A stretch of DNA of 64,000 bases, taken from the NCBI RefSeq assembly GCF_009834535.1, contig NC_045697.1, positions 31,870,001 to 31,934,000 of the forward strand. Direction: 5' to 3'. This DNA is from Camelus ferus. Lineage: Eukaryota. A program made the position numbers and the translations under genes. The notes beneath the pieces are model-generated. The model saw nothing but the letters and a program-made list of their open reading frames with translations, had not been told where the DNA came from and ran no database searches. Of the stretch, positions 13,920 to 28,826 are shown piece after piece. Numbering within the stretch: the first letter of the stretch is position 1; every line of letters begins with the position of its first letter.

Positions 13920-14755
13920 ATAGACCTCTAGGAAAATATTGCTACAGTTCATGTCAGAGAATGTTTTACCTATGTTTGCTTCTAGGAGATTTATGGTGTC
14001 CTGTCTTATGTTTAACTCTTTAGGCCATTTTGAGTTTATTTTTATGTACGGTGTGAGGAAGTAGGAATGTAACTTGGTGCAGCCTCTATGGAAGACAGTA
14101 TGGAGATTCCTTGAAAAAAACTAAAAATATACCTTCCATATGATCCAGCAATCCCCTTCCTGGGCATATATCTGGAGGAAACCCTAATTCAAAAAGATAC
14201 ATGCACCCAAATGTTCATAGAAGCACTATTTACAATAGTCAAGACAGGGAAGCAACTTAAATGTCCAACAAATGACTGGATAAAGAAGTTGTGGTATAGA
14301 TATACAATGGAATACTACTCAGCCATAAGACAGAATAAAATAATGCCATTTGCAGCAACACGGATGGACCTAGAGATTATCATACTAAGTGAAGTAAGTC
14401 AGAGAGAGAAAGACTAATATTATATGACATCACTTATATATGCAATCTAAAAAATGACACAAATGAATTCCTTTACAAAACAGAAATAGACTGACAGACA
14501 TAGGAAACAAATTTATGGTTACCAAAGGGAAAAGGGGAATAAATTAGGAGTTTTATATTAGCAGATATGAACTACTATATACATAATAGAGAAACAACAA
14601 TTGCATAGCTCAGGGAACTATATTCAATAGCTGGCAATAATCTGCAATGAAAAAAATATGAAATATAATATATAGGTATATGTATAACTGAATCATGATT
14701 CTGTACACCAGAAACTAATATAACATTGTAAATCAACCATACTTCAATTAAATAA
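13920..14755 (+). mobile_element. 5'-inverted L1 (antisense ORF2 piece about 13920-14062 joined to sense 3' end about 14063-14755)
   Basis: Antisense L1 ORF2 text (gccattttgagtttatttttatgtacggtgtgag) directly abuts sense L1 (ggaatgtaacttggtgcagcc...aacattgtaaatcaaccatacttcaattaaa). Confidence 0.8.
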
Positions 14756-16812
14756 ATGCTGTATGTCTAATTTACATAGAATTTAAAAATTAAAAAAGAA
14801 CTATGACTATAGAAATGTAAATAGTGGCTACTCCTGGGGGCAGCATAGAGTCTACATGGGAGCAAAAGATATAAATTTGGGAGCTGTTAATGTCTGTTCC
14901 TTAGTCTGGGTGATGGTTATACTAAGGGGTTCAGTTTATGAAAATCCATCACTTTCTCTATGTATACTTTTCTGTAAGTATTTGATACTTCAATAAAAAG
15001 TTAAAATATAAATTTAAAATGTGACCTAGAAATTTCTTTTGATCAACAACAAGGAAGATTAAAATCTGTGGAAAATTTAGACATTTAAAAAAATTAAAAT
15101 GATTTAAAAAGTCACTTTGGGTAAATCCATCAAATTAACCAAGGTCTTTTTGAGGTCTTATTTAAAAATTGAAACATTCTCTCAAGGCCTGAGGGCCTAG
15201 CTAAAGGCTAGGTCTGTCCCTGGAGCACTGTCATGAGGTCATGAATATTTAATTGAATAGTTAATTGAAATACACATAGAAAAAATTTTTTCCCAAAGCT
15301 GACACAACAGTAATATTTTCCTTTCTAATTATTTGGTCCAATGTCCCTATTGAGACTAAGGTCTTAATATAGGCTGCACTTTTAGCTACAGTCACTTCTA
15401 GTTAGATGTATTTCAATTCCTAGTTAGCCTTTTGCACCACCTCATCTTACCAGACACACTGTCATCAGTGTCAGCTGCTCTCTGTTTAGAGAGCAGATGA
15501 GTAAGGATGCAAGGCAGTCATGATCCAGGTTTTAAAAATGAGTTGTGAGTAATGGACAAGTCCCCTAATTTCCCTCTTTACCTCTTCATAAGGAAAAGGC
15601 ATTCCACTGTCAATGTACAAAAGTCTTGATTCACTGACCTGAATGCCCATTTTTTAAAGATCCAAGGAGCTAGACAGGCTGTTGATATCCATGAGTAAAC
15701 TCATCTCCAACAGGAAGAAAGATACTTTCCTAAAGTGTGCCTTGCAGTTCACTAATTCCTTTTAGTTTAATGCAATATACTTTGAGTTGCCTATTGGTTA
15801 CAAAGTGCTGTTTTAAGAAACTGAGTGGGTAACAAAAATGAGTTAGGAAGTCTTTGCCCTCAAAGAAACTGGATTCTTATAGGAAAGCTAAGTCATAATT
15901 CATGGGCACAAACATATTACTATGATATCTCTCCAATTCATTTCTAAGTTTTAAGTTTAAGGGAGTATCTGGAATATTCATAAAAGAAAATTTGAATTGG
16001 GGGTTGAAACAGTGAAGATTCAATAAATTCAGAATATATATATATATACACATATATGTGTATATATACATATGTACATATGTATACATATCATCATTGC
16101 ACATCACCTATACTGTAGAGTACATCGCCTACATTAGGCAAGTGTACAATCCTACATGCTAAATGTTATTGCAGACAAGTTATGAATAACATAACAGTAT
16201 AAAGCAAAGACCACTACCTTCTGTAATTTAGTTTGAGATAAATTTCTCAGTTTGAGTTCTGAAACTAGAAGTAAAAAATATATAAACTTTTCATAATTTC
16301 TCTATGTCTATATGGTGAAATAAAGAAGTGATGTTCAGCATTCTGTTCTTCTGCCTTTATCACCCATTACTGCAGAGCATTTGATGAAGCATTAGGAGTC
16401 TTCATTACCTATGGTAACCTTCCTCAAGAAAACTATCCACCCTAGTCTGTTCAAGGAGCCATTCCAGGCCAGTTCATTCATTTAAGCCAACACATCACCT
16501 CAGTGTCAGGGGACTGGACCAGAAAGGGGCACCTAGAGCAGAGAGAGCCAATATTAGAAACTCTCTTAAAGGATTTATAAATTTGAGACCAAGAAACTAA
16601 AATCAGAAATTGAGAGCATGTAGTCGGAGACAAGCAGTGAGTGTGAGACAAAGGGAGCTATGAGAGACATGAATAAAAAGAGGTTGTTAACAACGCTATG
16701 AGCAGGCAGAAATCAACAGTGTAAGAAGTCGAGTCTGAGGAGGAGGCAGCTGGAGTGGGAGATATAAAACGAGGAGAGGCTGTCACACATTAGAAGCAGA
16801 GCGAACTCTCAG

Positions 16813-17760
16813 AATGGGGAAAATATATGCAAATCATGTGTCTGAAAGGGCTTTGTACCCAGTATACAAAGAATCCAATACTAAAAAGACAAGTAACATA
16901 ATTAAAAGAGTAAAGGATCTGAGCAGACTTATATACAAAGAAAATACACAAATGGCCAATAAGCACATGAAAAGATGCTCAACATCATTAGTCATCAGGA
17001 CAATGCAAATCAAAATGACAATGAAATACCACCTCACATCCACTGTGATGCCTTTAACCAAAAACTCAAACCATAAAATGTGTTGACCAAGTTGTGGAGA
17101 AAATGGAACATTCATTCATTTCTGGTAGGAATGTCTGGGAATGTCATGTTCAGTCATTTTGAAAAAATGGCTTGGCATTTACTAAATTGCTAAACGTAGA
17201 TTTAGCATGTGACCCAGCAATTCCATTCCTAGGTATATATGCAGCTGAGATGAAAACAGGTCCACCAAAATTCTGTACACAAATGATATACCAGCATTCT
17301 TCATAATTGCCAAGTGCAAATCACCTAAATGTCCATAAAATGATGAATGCACAAACAAAATGTGGTATGTTCATACACTGCAACGTTATTCTGCCACTAA
17401 AAGGAACGAAATACTGATACATCTCACAACATGGATGGACCCTGAAAACACTATGTTAAGTAAAAGAAGCCTGTCATAAAAGACTGCATACTGTACAATC
17501 ACATGGCTTATGAGACGTCCAGAACAGGCAAAGCAATAGAGATGTAGCATGGATTAGTATTTTCCCGGAGCTGGGAGGGGCGAGGACAAGGATGAGTACT
17601 AACAGGTACAGGGATTACTTTAGGAACGATGAAAATGTTCTAAACTTAGATTGTGCTGATGGCTAGCTAGCTCTGTCCAGATGCTTTAAAATACACTAAA
17701 CTGTATTTCATAAACAGGTGAATTTTATGATATTAGATTATATCTCTATAAAGAGTTTTT
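16813..17760 (+). mobile_element. L1 (L1MB-like) 3' fragment inside an MLT-like remnant
   Basis: ORF 16814-17086 is L1 ORF2 C-terminal-like (MANKHMKRCSTSLVIR...) and is followed by an L1MB-type 3'UTR. Confidence 0.85.
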
Positions 17761-18129
17761 CTTAAGCAGAGCACTAGGGGAGGGATTAATAAATCCATGC
17801 TTCTGGGGAGAAGGGAGGTGAAGGCCAGAACTGAACTAGGTTTCCTCCATCCAAAGCCAAGCGGGAGTATATGCGAGTGCCCATAATTTTTGGTTGTGTG
17901 GCTATTTATATATTTGCAAACTGAGGTGATTTCACTCCCTCAATTTTACATATGCCTTTATTGCAAAACATTCTCAACTTTAAGTACCCTGAGTGAGACT
18001 GTTCTCCTTAAAACCCAAAGAGGATATTTAATACACTTCCCTGGATAATACCTCATTCCATTTTCATACTGGCTCCACTTCCTTTAACCCAACAAGATTA
18101 CAAAGATTTGACATCTTTGACATATGATG

Positions 18130-18340
18130 CAAGTATTTTAAAATGTGGGTTCTCTAGCTAAAGCACTTGGATGCCAATCTGGTTCCACCACTTACAAACT
18201 GTGTGATTCTGGAAAAGTTCTTAATCTCCTTGGGTCTCAGCTTCCTCATTGTAAAATGGGAGCAATAATGATACCTACAATGTAAAACTGATGTGAAGTA
18301 CCTGACACACAGTGAGCACTCACAAATACTATTAATGTAT
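18130..18340 (+). mobile_element. MIR SINE
   Basis: ccacttacaaactgtgtgattctggaaaagttcttaatctcc...cttcctcattgtaaaatggg. Confidence 0.75.
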
Positions 18341-19719
18341 CATTTAGTGCCAATATATTTCTAAATATGTTGCTTCCACAATTAATGGACTGAGTTAGGA
18401 AACTTAAGACAAAGCAGCCTTCTCACAATTCCCAAATACCAACAGCATTTAAACTTTCAGCCAAAGACTCTGTACTGGGTTTGGAACAGTGCCTCCAGGA
18501 GCTTTGTATGTTTGTTTTACAAAATTGTTTTGTTTTCAGAGCGATAGTACATGATCTTCTATAGGTCACAGTTTGGATGGAGTGATGGTAATTACATTTC
18601 TTTCATGCACCACACATAATGAGGAAATTATGTAGTTCTCAAATACCATCAGCAAGTCCCTGGTATAAATCAAGTATAAACATGCCACACTGTATACAAA
18701 TGTCACATCATTATGTTGTACACCTGAAACTAAAGTAATGAATTATGTCAATTATACCACAATTAAAAATAAATTAAATTTAGAAAACCATGTCACTCTA
18801 ACACTCTGAATCTGGCAAATAAAGTTTCTACTTCTTTTTCAAGTAGAAAAGGCCACAGGATTATAGCAGTAGAGATTTAATAGAGCAGGAAGTGATTCTA
18901 AGATTTATTTAGTTCATCCTTCTACATCCAAGCACTTAAGTCATCCCCAGAAGTAACAGGCACTTTATTCTCCAAAACTTCTTGAGATGGTAATGTATTT
19001 TTCTTGGTAACCTCTTCCAATTTCTTATAATCTGTACACCCAAATAGTTCTTTCTAAAGCAAGTTCAGAGTAAAAAAAAAAAAAAAAACACCACATCATT
19101 TCTATTTCTGGTTCTTTCTGTATACATGATTTTCCTTTCCATAGAAGCTGCCTGAATTTGATTATCACTTTTGTGAAATGTTTGAAGCCATTAATGCTAG
19201 AAAATTTTAATAGGAGCAAAAAGTCTAAAGGCAAATTGCTCTTTATGTCTATTCCTTCATGTATATTGAGTTTTTCATGGTTTCTCTCACTGCCCCCAAA
19301 ATTCTTAAATATTGATTCCAATTGTTGTAAATCAAACATTTTGAACATATGATTATGTGCTCAATTTCATATCTTAGGCATAAATTTGACAGGAAGGCTC
19401 AAAACCATATCCTAAGCATAACTTTGACAGGAAGACTCAATTTCTATATATACTTCAGCTTTCCACAAGTTATTTAGTTGTTAGAAAGCCAGCCTGAAGA
19501 CTAACAGAATGCATTACTAGTATCTGAAGCTCTGAAAAGGCTAGTGTGGTTGTATGCAAACAGAGATAACATCAAATTGAAAATAAATATTTTATGTTAA
19601 AATGTAAAAACAGTTATTAGACAAGAGAAATGACTGGTAGAAAAGTAAGTAGGATAAAATTAGAAAATGTCTTGAATTAAATAGGAACGTGGCAGGACTA
19701 GGGAAGTGATAACCCTAAT

Positions 19720-21320
19720 TTACTCAGCATATCCGAGCGCTTACTATGTTCCAGGCACTGGAGAGTCAGCAGTGCACAAAACAGAAAAGATGTTCATCTT
19801 CATGAGACTCACCTTCCAAGCAGGAAGACTGACAACAACAAAATAATAAAGTTATATAAAACATAATCTTAGAGATTGACGAGTGTTTTGAAGGAAAAAA
19901 AAATAAAGCAGGAAAGGTGACACTTAAGATAGAGTGGTCAGGGAATGTTTTTTGAGGTGCTGTCATTTTAGCTAAGGTTGGAGTAAAGTGAGAATTGAAT
20001 CTTGCAAATGTGTGCAAGGAAAGTATTCCAGTTCAGGAACTCCAAGAGCAAAGAGCCTTGGGGTTCCTGTCATCACGTTTAGAAGTTTCAAAGAACAGAA
20101 AGACCAGTGTGGCAGGAGCTAAGTGAGTAAGCAGAAGATTGACGGAAATGAGTTATGAGAGCTACCCAGAGGCTGGATGATATAGACAATGACATATGGG
20201 CCAAGAACTCAGGGAGGTTAAGAACAGATAAGTAAAGTGATAACGTACTTTGTTTTGCAAAGGATCTCTCTTGTTGCTGTGGGGTAAACAGACTTCAACG
20301 AAGTAAGACTGGGAACAGGGAGACTAGTCAAGAGCCTACCCAGTTAAAGCATGAAAGAGATTAAAGAGGTTGAGACTAGGTTCTTGGTGGTGAGGATGAG
20401 AAGTGGTAAGGGTTGGGTTCTCTTTTGAAGGCACAGCTAGTACAGTTTCTACTGGTTTGTATAGGAGACAGAAGAGAAGAAGGGCAGAGGACTCAAGGGA
20501 GATGCCAAGATTTTTGACCTGAGCAATTGGTGGTCTTCCCTGAGTTGGGGAATACTGGAGGACTAAGAGGGTTGGAAAGAAAAAACAAATGTCAAGTTTG
20601 AAACGTCTCTGAGATGTGCAGGAAAGTGCCGCCAAGGAGTTAAACACACAAGCCTAGATTTGGGTTTGCAAGTTTCATTCTATAATTCAGAAGTTAGCCT
20701 TCATCAGAGTACAAATGTGATTTAAAATGAGAATGGATCAGGTCGCCAAAGGAAGTTGGTATAAACAGAGAAGAGAAGAGATCTCAGAATTGTGCCCTAA
20801 GCCCTATAGCACTTGAAATTCTCAACATTGGGAAAATAAGCCAGAAATAGAGACTGAGAAGGAGTAATATTGAGATAGAGGTACCTGGAGAGTAGTGTCC
20901 TAGAAACCTAGGGAAGAGGGGTACTTAAAGAAGAAAAACAATGAACAGTTCTGTTAAATGCTTAGCTGTGAACAAGTGTTTACTGGGTTTGACAATCAGG
21001 AAGTCATTGGTGACTTTGACAATTTCTTGACTAGACTTTCAGTGGAGTGATGGGGAAGAAAGTGTGGTTACAGTGGGTTCAAGGGAGACGGAAGATGAGG
21101 AAGTATAAATTTTGAAGTATTTTCCCCTTAAGCTGAACAAACGAAGCCATTGTTGGCAAGGGGGATTTAAGATCAAATATAAGACCAAGGTATCTATCTA
21201 TCTCTATCTATCTATCATCTCTATCTATCTATCATCTATCAAGTAAAGATCTAGGAGAGAAGAGAAGGGATGACTGGTGATAAAGAAGAGAGAAGGAATA
21301 ACTGCATGAGTGAAATCTCT
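19720..21320 (-). mobile_element. LINE-2 remnant
   Basis: Reverse L2 3' end (gagcgcttactatgttccaggcactg) followed by purine-rich L2 body motifs (gaagtcattggtgactttgac; ttcagtggagtgatgggg). Confidence 0.8.
21191..21240. repeat. (TCTA)n/(ATCT)n microsatellite
   Basis: Directly visible imperfect tetranucleotide run. Confidence 0.9.
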
Positions 21321-22724
21321 GACAAAAAATAAGGGGATACATTCACATTAATTACATAAACACATTGCTTACTTAAGAAAAAAAATGTGCCTTACTTACA
21401 GCAAGTCACCTTAAGGTTAAAAAAAAAGCACTTATTCTTTTCTTTGATGCTAAGGAGCTATTTCATTTTGATTTTAATGAGAAAGCCTCTAGAAAGTGTG
21501 CATTAAATTTTATTTGAATCACCTTTTGGTCAATGTCTTAACGGTACAAAAAGGTAGATAAAAACAACTGGCAGAGCCCTAAAAGAAAATGATTTCCATA
21601 ACAGTCACATTTTCCCCCACTTCAGGTTTTAGAAAATATTAAGTAATAAGATGAGGAATGCACAGAGGTAGAATGATGAAACCTGGCTTGTGTATTTTAT
21701 TCCCAAAGGAAAGTGTAACCGCTTGTTCAAAAATTAATCTTTGATGTTCTCAAGGGTATCTTTCAAATTTCAAAGCAAGACTTTTTGATGTTTTAGTTTG
21801 TATGAAAACTTGAGAAAAGAAAAAGAGCCAGTATAATGAAATTCGTTAAATTACCAGAACAAGAGATCAGTTTCGGGCAAGAGGCTCCTTGCTGTATGAG
21901 ATTTTATGTTGTTGCCTTCGCTCTGCCCAGGACAATTCTAAATTTCACTCCAATATGTTCCTTCTTCTGCCACTTCAACAATGGGAAGCTCATGGCAGTT
22001 CTTCTCTTAGGCCTGTATTTTGATCATCTTTATTTTGTCACATTTTAGGCATAACTAGAAACGTGAAATCTGCTCCTTTCTCTCTATGAAACATGAATTT
22101 ATATGCTGGAAATCTAGCATATAAGATGAAAGAATGAAGTTGTTTTATTTTGTAAAGAATCCAGGTTCCATGAACCATGTCTGTAGCTCTAAATTCTTTC
22201 ACAGAGAATAACAGAACACCAATGTTGTCCTGACCTCAAATCAATGTAATGGGGTTGCCTCTGTGTGAATGCACTGATGTTTTGGCCCCTAAACATGGTT
22301 ACTTCTTAATTGTTTACTGTAGCTTCAAATCTTTTTAACCCATATATAAACACTGCATCCTTATTGTTTACAGAAGGATTAATAGACAATTCATTATTTT
22401 ATTTTACTTTGATATTGGAAAGAATTGGGAGTAGTAAAACTAGAAGGAAAGAAAAAGGAAAGAGGTGAGAAAAGGACATGAAGGAAAGGCATTACCCAGT
22501 TTGGAGAAAATGACTTAGAAATAATGAAAAGTGCTATTAAGTTTACTGATGCCTTAAAATGCATCCCTAGTCAACAGTCTTCAAATGGCATAAGAAGTTG
22601 AATCTGCCACCAAGTCAGGAAGTAGAGTCATTTATCCATCAACAGGCATGCTTGCAATATCCAGTAGAAACTGAAGGCATTCCAAAGAAGGCCCTTTGTG
22701 TCCCTGACATGGTGACATCAATTG

Positions 22725-22727
22725 ATA

Positions 22728-22782
<55 letters not shown>

Positions 22783-22860
22783 TAATATATATAATTTATA
22801 TATATTATTATATATTATTTATATATATATATATTTATATATATATTATATATATATTAT
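22725..22860. repeat. (TA)n-(CA)n compound microsatellite / AT low-complexity tract
   Basis: Directly visible; explains the spurious IYIY ORFs at 22598 and 22722. Confidence 0.95.
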
Positions 22861-25800
22861 TTTCAGGGAACTATCTCCAATCTCTCTCACTATTTCCAAG
22901 TGACTGGGGTACCCAGCCACATTTGACTGCACCCCAAGGACAATAATTCAGAGCAGAGACTTGTCTCTTTTGCTCATCTATAAAACTGGGACAATATCAA
23001 TTTCTACCTCAAAGGGTTACTATGGAGATTAAATAAATGAAAAAGGTAAAATGCCTTAAACTGCATCTAGAACTCTTTAAAGACTCAATAAATATTATTA
23101 CTAGTATTACTGTTAGTCCTGAAATAATAAAGAGCAACTCCTTTTCACTCTTTAAGTTCAAAACTGAAACTTTCTCAAAGCTTACCCTAGTTTTTGAGCC
23201 AGAATGCAATATTTGGCCCCTTTATTACTTAACCAATATAACATTTAAACCAATTGTTAGGAATTCCATAAGTCAGTGTCAAATTTTCTTACTTCCTTCA
23301 TACTAGGGTATTTGCCGAGCCTCATCAGAGTATCTGTATTAAATTATAAAGTCCCAGGAGCAGTATTAGGCTTCTATTGGAAATTTTCATATACTTATTA
23401 TGCTGTAGCACTTGGGTTTAACAAATGCTTTGGGATAATCCTGTTCCGAAAAAGTAAGTGGCATATTCCACCTAAGGAGAAACTTCTGAAAGCATAAACA
23501 GTTTATTGGCAACCATATTTTCATCAACAAATTGTTTCATAAAAGTGTGTTTATATGTGCATTTATGCTTATTTTGTTCTATATGATTTCCATGTCAAAA
23601 TTTGAGCTTTCTCTTCAGGACTGTGCCACCTTTGAATAAGAAGAGTGCTTTTAAATCCACTTATTATCAGGATGCCATTCCTTTCCCCAACACTCCTCTC
23701 CTAACCTTTTTCTTCTTTCATTCTGACTTTTGTTTTCATACTTTAAGAACGTGAAAAGAGCTAACCCACCTGTTGACTATATGTATTATGAAAGATTGTA
23801 CACTACAGAACCCCCTGCACATATTATATGAAGGCATGGACTTAGGAGCCAAATTGAGGCTAAAATCCGTAAAGAATAACAGCAAGTTATACAAGTGTTT
23901 ACACCTATTAATTAAAATTTTAATTTATTATAACCATTATTGCCTGTCAGAAGAAACAATGTCCTTCAAAGCCACTCCATTTGGAGTTCATCCTCAATCA
24001 GTATTAACCTAGAATTCCAGTCCTCTAGCAGGAATATTCAACTTAATGAACAGTAATCAATCATGATAGGAATATATTCAGTATACTAGATAATTAATTT
24101 GTGAATAATTATTTCATTGTGGGAGACTGAATGCCATAATAACTAAGAGTCTACATGTTCAAACTCCCAACTTCTAATGTTCAAATCTCAATGCCACAGT
24201 TTGCTGACTATGTTAATTTCTCTACCAAATAAAGATAATATAATTACCTACACCGCATGGGGGTTGTTGTCAGTGTGAAATAAGACACACATGAAGTGCC
24301 CATGCACAGTAGTGGTCCATCAATAAATACCCATAATATTATTAACACAGATACACGTTAGGCTGAGCCACACATAACTGCTATTTTTGTAAATATCCAT
24401 CAAATATTGGAATTTTCAGATAGCTCAATCCAATAAATAAATACAGAGTGAACCTCCAAAATCTTAAAAAGAAACCCCACGAAAATTAACAAGAACATTT
24501 CCCCACAGAGTTTTCCAGAAAGACAAATAAATAAGCCAAACTAAAAAAAAAATTAAAGCTACTTCTAGGATATATTATAGGATCAGCATACATTTTCCCA
24601 TCTCTCATATTCATATCTAAAGTAACATACAATGACAATTCAAAATGAGGCACTTTATGAACTTGAGGAACTTCAAACCATCAGATCTTAAAGTATGTGT
24701 AGAGTGAGGTGTATTTCCATGTACTCATGTTCTTTGAAAGATGGTTATATAGGATACTATTTTAGATAATCAGTATATGAAATTAATTTAACAATTTAAG
24801 AATTCTTAAAGAATTTGTGCCACCATAAGCTCATAAACATGTGTGGCGTGTGTGCATATGAATTGCATGGATGGTAACACAGGGTGTATATCATTGTGCA
24901 TTTTGATTCATACATTAATTCAACAGATCTATTTTCATGTCAATCATGTGTCAGGCACGTTGTCAGACACTGGGGCCATAACGTTCAATGAGACAGGCAC
25001 GGTCTCCGCTCACAACCAGGCACAGATCATCGAATCTGCTGAAATCTAGTTATTACCGCAATGCCACCAAAACAGAAAATAAAAAATTCTTCAAATACAA
25101 AAACTCAGGAATTCGAAATTTGCACCACTTGGAGAGTGATGGAAATGTTAGCTATCCTGATTGTGGTGGTGGTTTCATTGGTGTATACATCTACCAAAAT
25201 TCATCAAATTGTACATCTGAAATATGTGCAGTTTGCTGTACGAGAATCATACCACAATAAAGATGCTAAAAAAAAAAAACCCTCAAACTCCTTTTCTCAC
25301 TGTAAGCATTTAGCAGGGCTGGAGTTGTTGACATTTCTGAAAACGAGAGCGTAAGTGGTTCTTATAGATAATCCCTCCTCATTTAAGAGTAACATCACAT
25401 ATTGAGAACCACAAATTTTTTATTTGACTTGAAGAGTTAGATCGCTAACACCAAAACTGGGAAATGGAAGAGTAATTGGCGAATCACAAATCTGCTTAAA
25501 GAATTCTGAATGTTATATGACAGTCCATTCTTCAACAGCTTCTGCCCTAAAAAGAAATGTTTCCCAATTTTTTAAAAAAATCAAATATTCATAAATATTC
25601 AGAAGGTGACATTCTTTCCGTGTGGCATATATAAATCATCATTTTCCCCATACTGTCATTATACAGGTAAAAAAAATAGATACACTGAACATGTGCTGGC
25701 TATTTATTTGAATTTAAAAGCTTACTCCCCCAGCAAGAAGTTTATAGCAAAAAAAAAAATGTGTGTACATCTGTCATATTTATATTTACAGACCTCTACA

Positions 25801-28235
25801 TAAATATTTTCTATGAGAAAACAACTAAGACATTTTCAATGTTAGCATCGTAAAACTTCAATAAATTTTTCATGGCTGAAAGAGTAAAGAGGATTGGAGT
25901 AAGAATTACAAATCTTATAAGAGGTTGAAAATGTCTCTCAAGCTAATCATGGGACCATGTGGGAAAAAGATAAAGACTTCAGAGAAAAGGAATCACCTGT
26001 CCTGAACTCAAGAAAACTGCTTAGGAGCTGAATTGCCAGGATGGTTCACACATGGTCACGTGACAGGACAACCCCGATACCAGTAGTTAAGCCACATATT
26101 TTGGATGCTTGTAAACTCATAAAAATGATCCATAACATTTGAAAGTGCTATAATCATAATATACTTCATAATTCTCTTGTCAAGATGAGAAGATGCTAAT
26201 TTGGATCCTCAGTGTTATGTTTACTAAAAACCATATTAAAGTCTGAAGAGTAAAACATAGATTATTGCCATCTGAAAGCTTTTATTTCTTTGTAAAAGTC
26301 TTTCTGATGTTTGAAATTATGTAAATAGGCAACCACAGAGAAAGTCTCTTTCAACTTTTTCTTTCAACTTACTCTTCTAAACTGAAAAAGATACTAAAAC
26401 CCTACCCGACCCGTCGCCAATGTCAAAATCCCCTGTCCTCCTTGAGTTTAATGCCAGAAACTGTTTTAATAAAATTGAACATGTGGCCCAAATTCAGAGG
26501 CAGTGACAGAGATCTTATAATACTAGATTTAGACAGAGATGTCTCATATGCTTAATCAATAATTTCAAATACGTGCATCCTCCTTGGAGTAATTTAAAAA
26601 GACTTCTTCTAGCCTTAGGAGAGTCTAAGAATCTAATGTCATTCTCTTGAATGATTCAGGTGTCTTTTAGAGACATCTTATTCTTTCTTTTCCCCAAAGT
26701 TATTACAATTAATTTAATATTTTTATTTTTTATTCTCCATAATGACTATCTAAGGACTTTAGTTTTTCCCTGAACCAATAAATTGTGAAACTCCACGTCA
26801 AACAAAATGCTAATTATACAGTCATACGAAGGTCACATCTTGGGCTCTTGCAAGCTAGTCTTCTGCCATATTACATTATCAGATTGGATTGGCTCTGAGT
26901 ATCTGAACTTAATTATGTTCATATTTATACAGTCAACCCTTAGCCCATGCCAAGAAATTGGTTGAAGATTACTTATTCATTCATGGTGAGAGAGTTCATT
27001 CATGGGAGGTGTATTACTAATAAATCTTATCCTACTTTCTAAAACAGTCTCAAATCAGGATTACATTGGCTAAGCACTTGCTATAAAGCAAAGATATCTA
27101 CTCTTCTATCTTTCGAACAGAGTTCAACCAATTTAGAGATTGGAATGTGGTCCACTGCAGCTTATTAATGCTTCTTTATCATTTATCCTGATTCAGGACA
27201 TATACACAAAGTTGCAAAGTCATTTTTATTACCCAGAATGGCTTTTAGGGGATGAAATTATTTACTAAGAAAATATGTCTTGATGAGAACTTGGAATACA
27301 AGTTGATACTGCAAAGTCTTGCTCAAACAATAAAACCTCTACATATGGGACAGGATGAAGATTTTATGTTGCTCCTTAATTAAAGTGTATGGAAAGATGT
27401 GAAAAGTATCCTTTAAGAAAAAAACTTGGGAATGAGACAGTGATCACATGGAAAATGTAAGACTAGTAACCTCTAACTCCAAGTCCTGGAGTGGCTAAGG
27501 GCAGTAGGAATATAAAGATGGGTTCTCAACATTACAAGTGGTGAGGTGTGAGTATCAGGTAAATTATCTCCATGAGTAGATGTTTTCACTTTTTCCTTCT
27601 TCGTCTTATCTCTCTCTCTCCCTCTTTTCCCCTTCCTTCTCTTCCCTTGTTTTCTTCCTTTTCTATTTTATGTGAGAACCAAAAAAAAAAAAAAATATAT
27701 AGTCTAAAATAACCACAGCAGGCATAAAGGCATGAAAGCAGAAGAGACCAAGAGCCTTTGGGAATTTCCAAAGTCTCAGGAGGAAGAGGGCTTTAGTCAT
27801 CCATAAACTGTACAAATGAGGAAACAAGTTTATTTCAGGTTCACATGTGTAAACTCGAAGTTGAACTACAGTTTAACTAAAGCCAAGAATCTACAAAATA
27901 CTGAGTACGGTCTTTACATGTAAAAACAATAGCCTCTTTCTAGTGCCCTTTACCAGCTTTTTATGTTTTGTGCAACATGGTGGAACAAGCTGGTTTTAAG
28001 TGGTAGCAATCTCTGCACACTGCATGCCCACGTAAGGAGTGGCACTCATGCAGTCCAAATGCCAGACTTGGGGAGGGTGCTCCTGGCATGTGGTGTGGCA
28101 GTGTGAAGGGGTGATGGGAGTTGGGCAGGAGTGATGCTATCATGTAAAGCCCCCAACAGAAAAGTAGTGCAACTTTTCAAAACCATGAGTTAACCAACTG
28201 GTATCAGTCAAGAAAACACTTCTTAAAGGTACTAT

Positions 28236-28740
28236 TCAGCCAATAAAATAAAATAAAATAAAATAAAATAAAATAAAATAAAGCCATTTTCAGCAACATG
28301 GATGGACCGATGGACATGGAGATCATCATACTAAATGAAGTAAGCCAGAAAGAGGAAGAAAAATACCATATAATATCACTCATACGTGGAATCTAAAAAA
28401 AAAAAAAAAAAGACAAATTAACTCATTTACAAACAGAAACAGACTCACAGACATAGAAAATAAACTTATGGTTACCAGTGGGGAAAGGGTGGGAAGGGAT
28501 AAATTGAGAGTTTGAGATGTACAGGTACTAACTACTGTATATAAACTAGATAGACAACAAGTTTATACTGTATAGCACAGGAAACTACATTCAATATCTT
28601 ATAGTAATCTATAATGAAAAAGAATATGAAAATGAATATATGTATGTATACCTGAAACATTATGCTGTACACCAGAAATTGACACAACATTGTAAACTGA
28701 CTACATTTCAAAAAAAAAAGAAAAAAAAATAGTAAAAAAA
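28236..28740 (+). mobile_element. Young camelid-type L1 3' end with internal (AAAAT)n expansion
   Basis: cagcaacatggatggacc...acagaaacagactcacagacatagaaaataaacttatggttacc...acattgtaaactgactac followed by polyA. Confidence 0.9.
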
Positions 28741-28826
28741 ATGCAATTGAACTTGCTCTAAACATGGTTTCTTCTTCCATGAGAGCCAGTAAGTGTATTA
28801 GAGTGCTTACTCCTATGGACCCCGAA

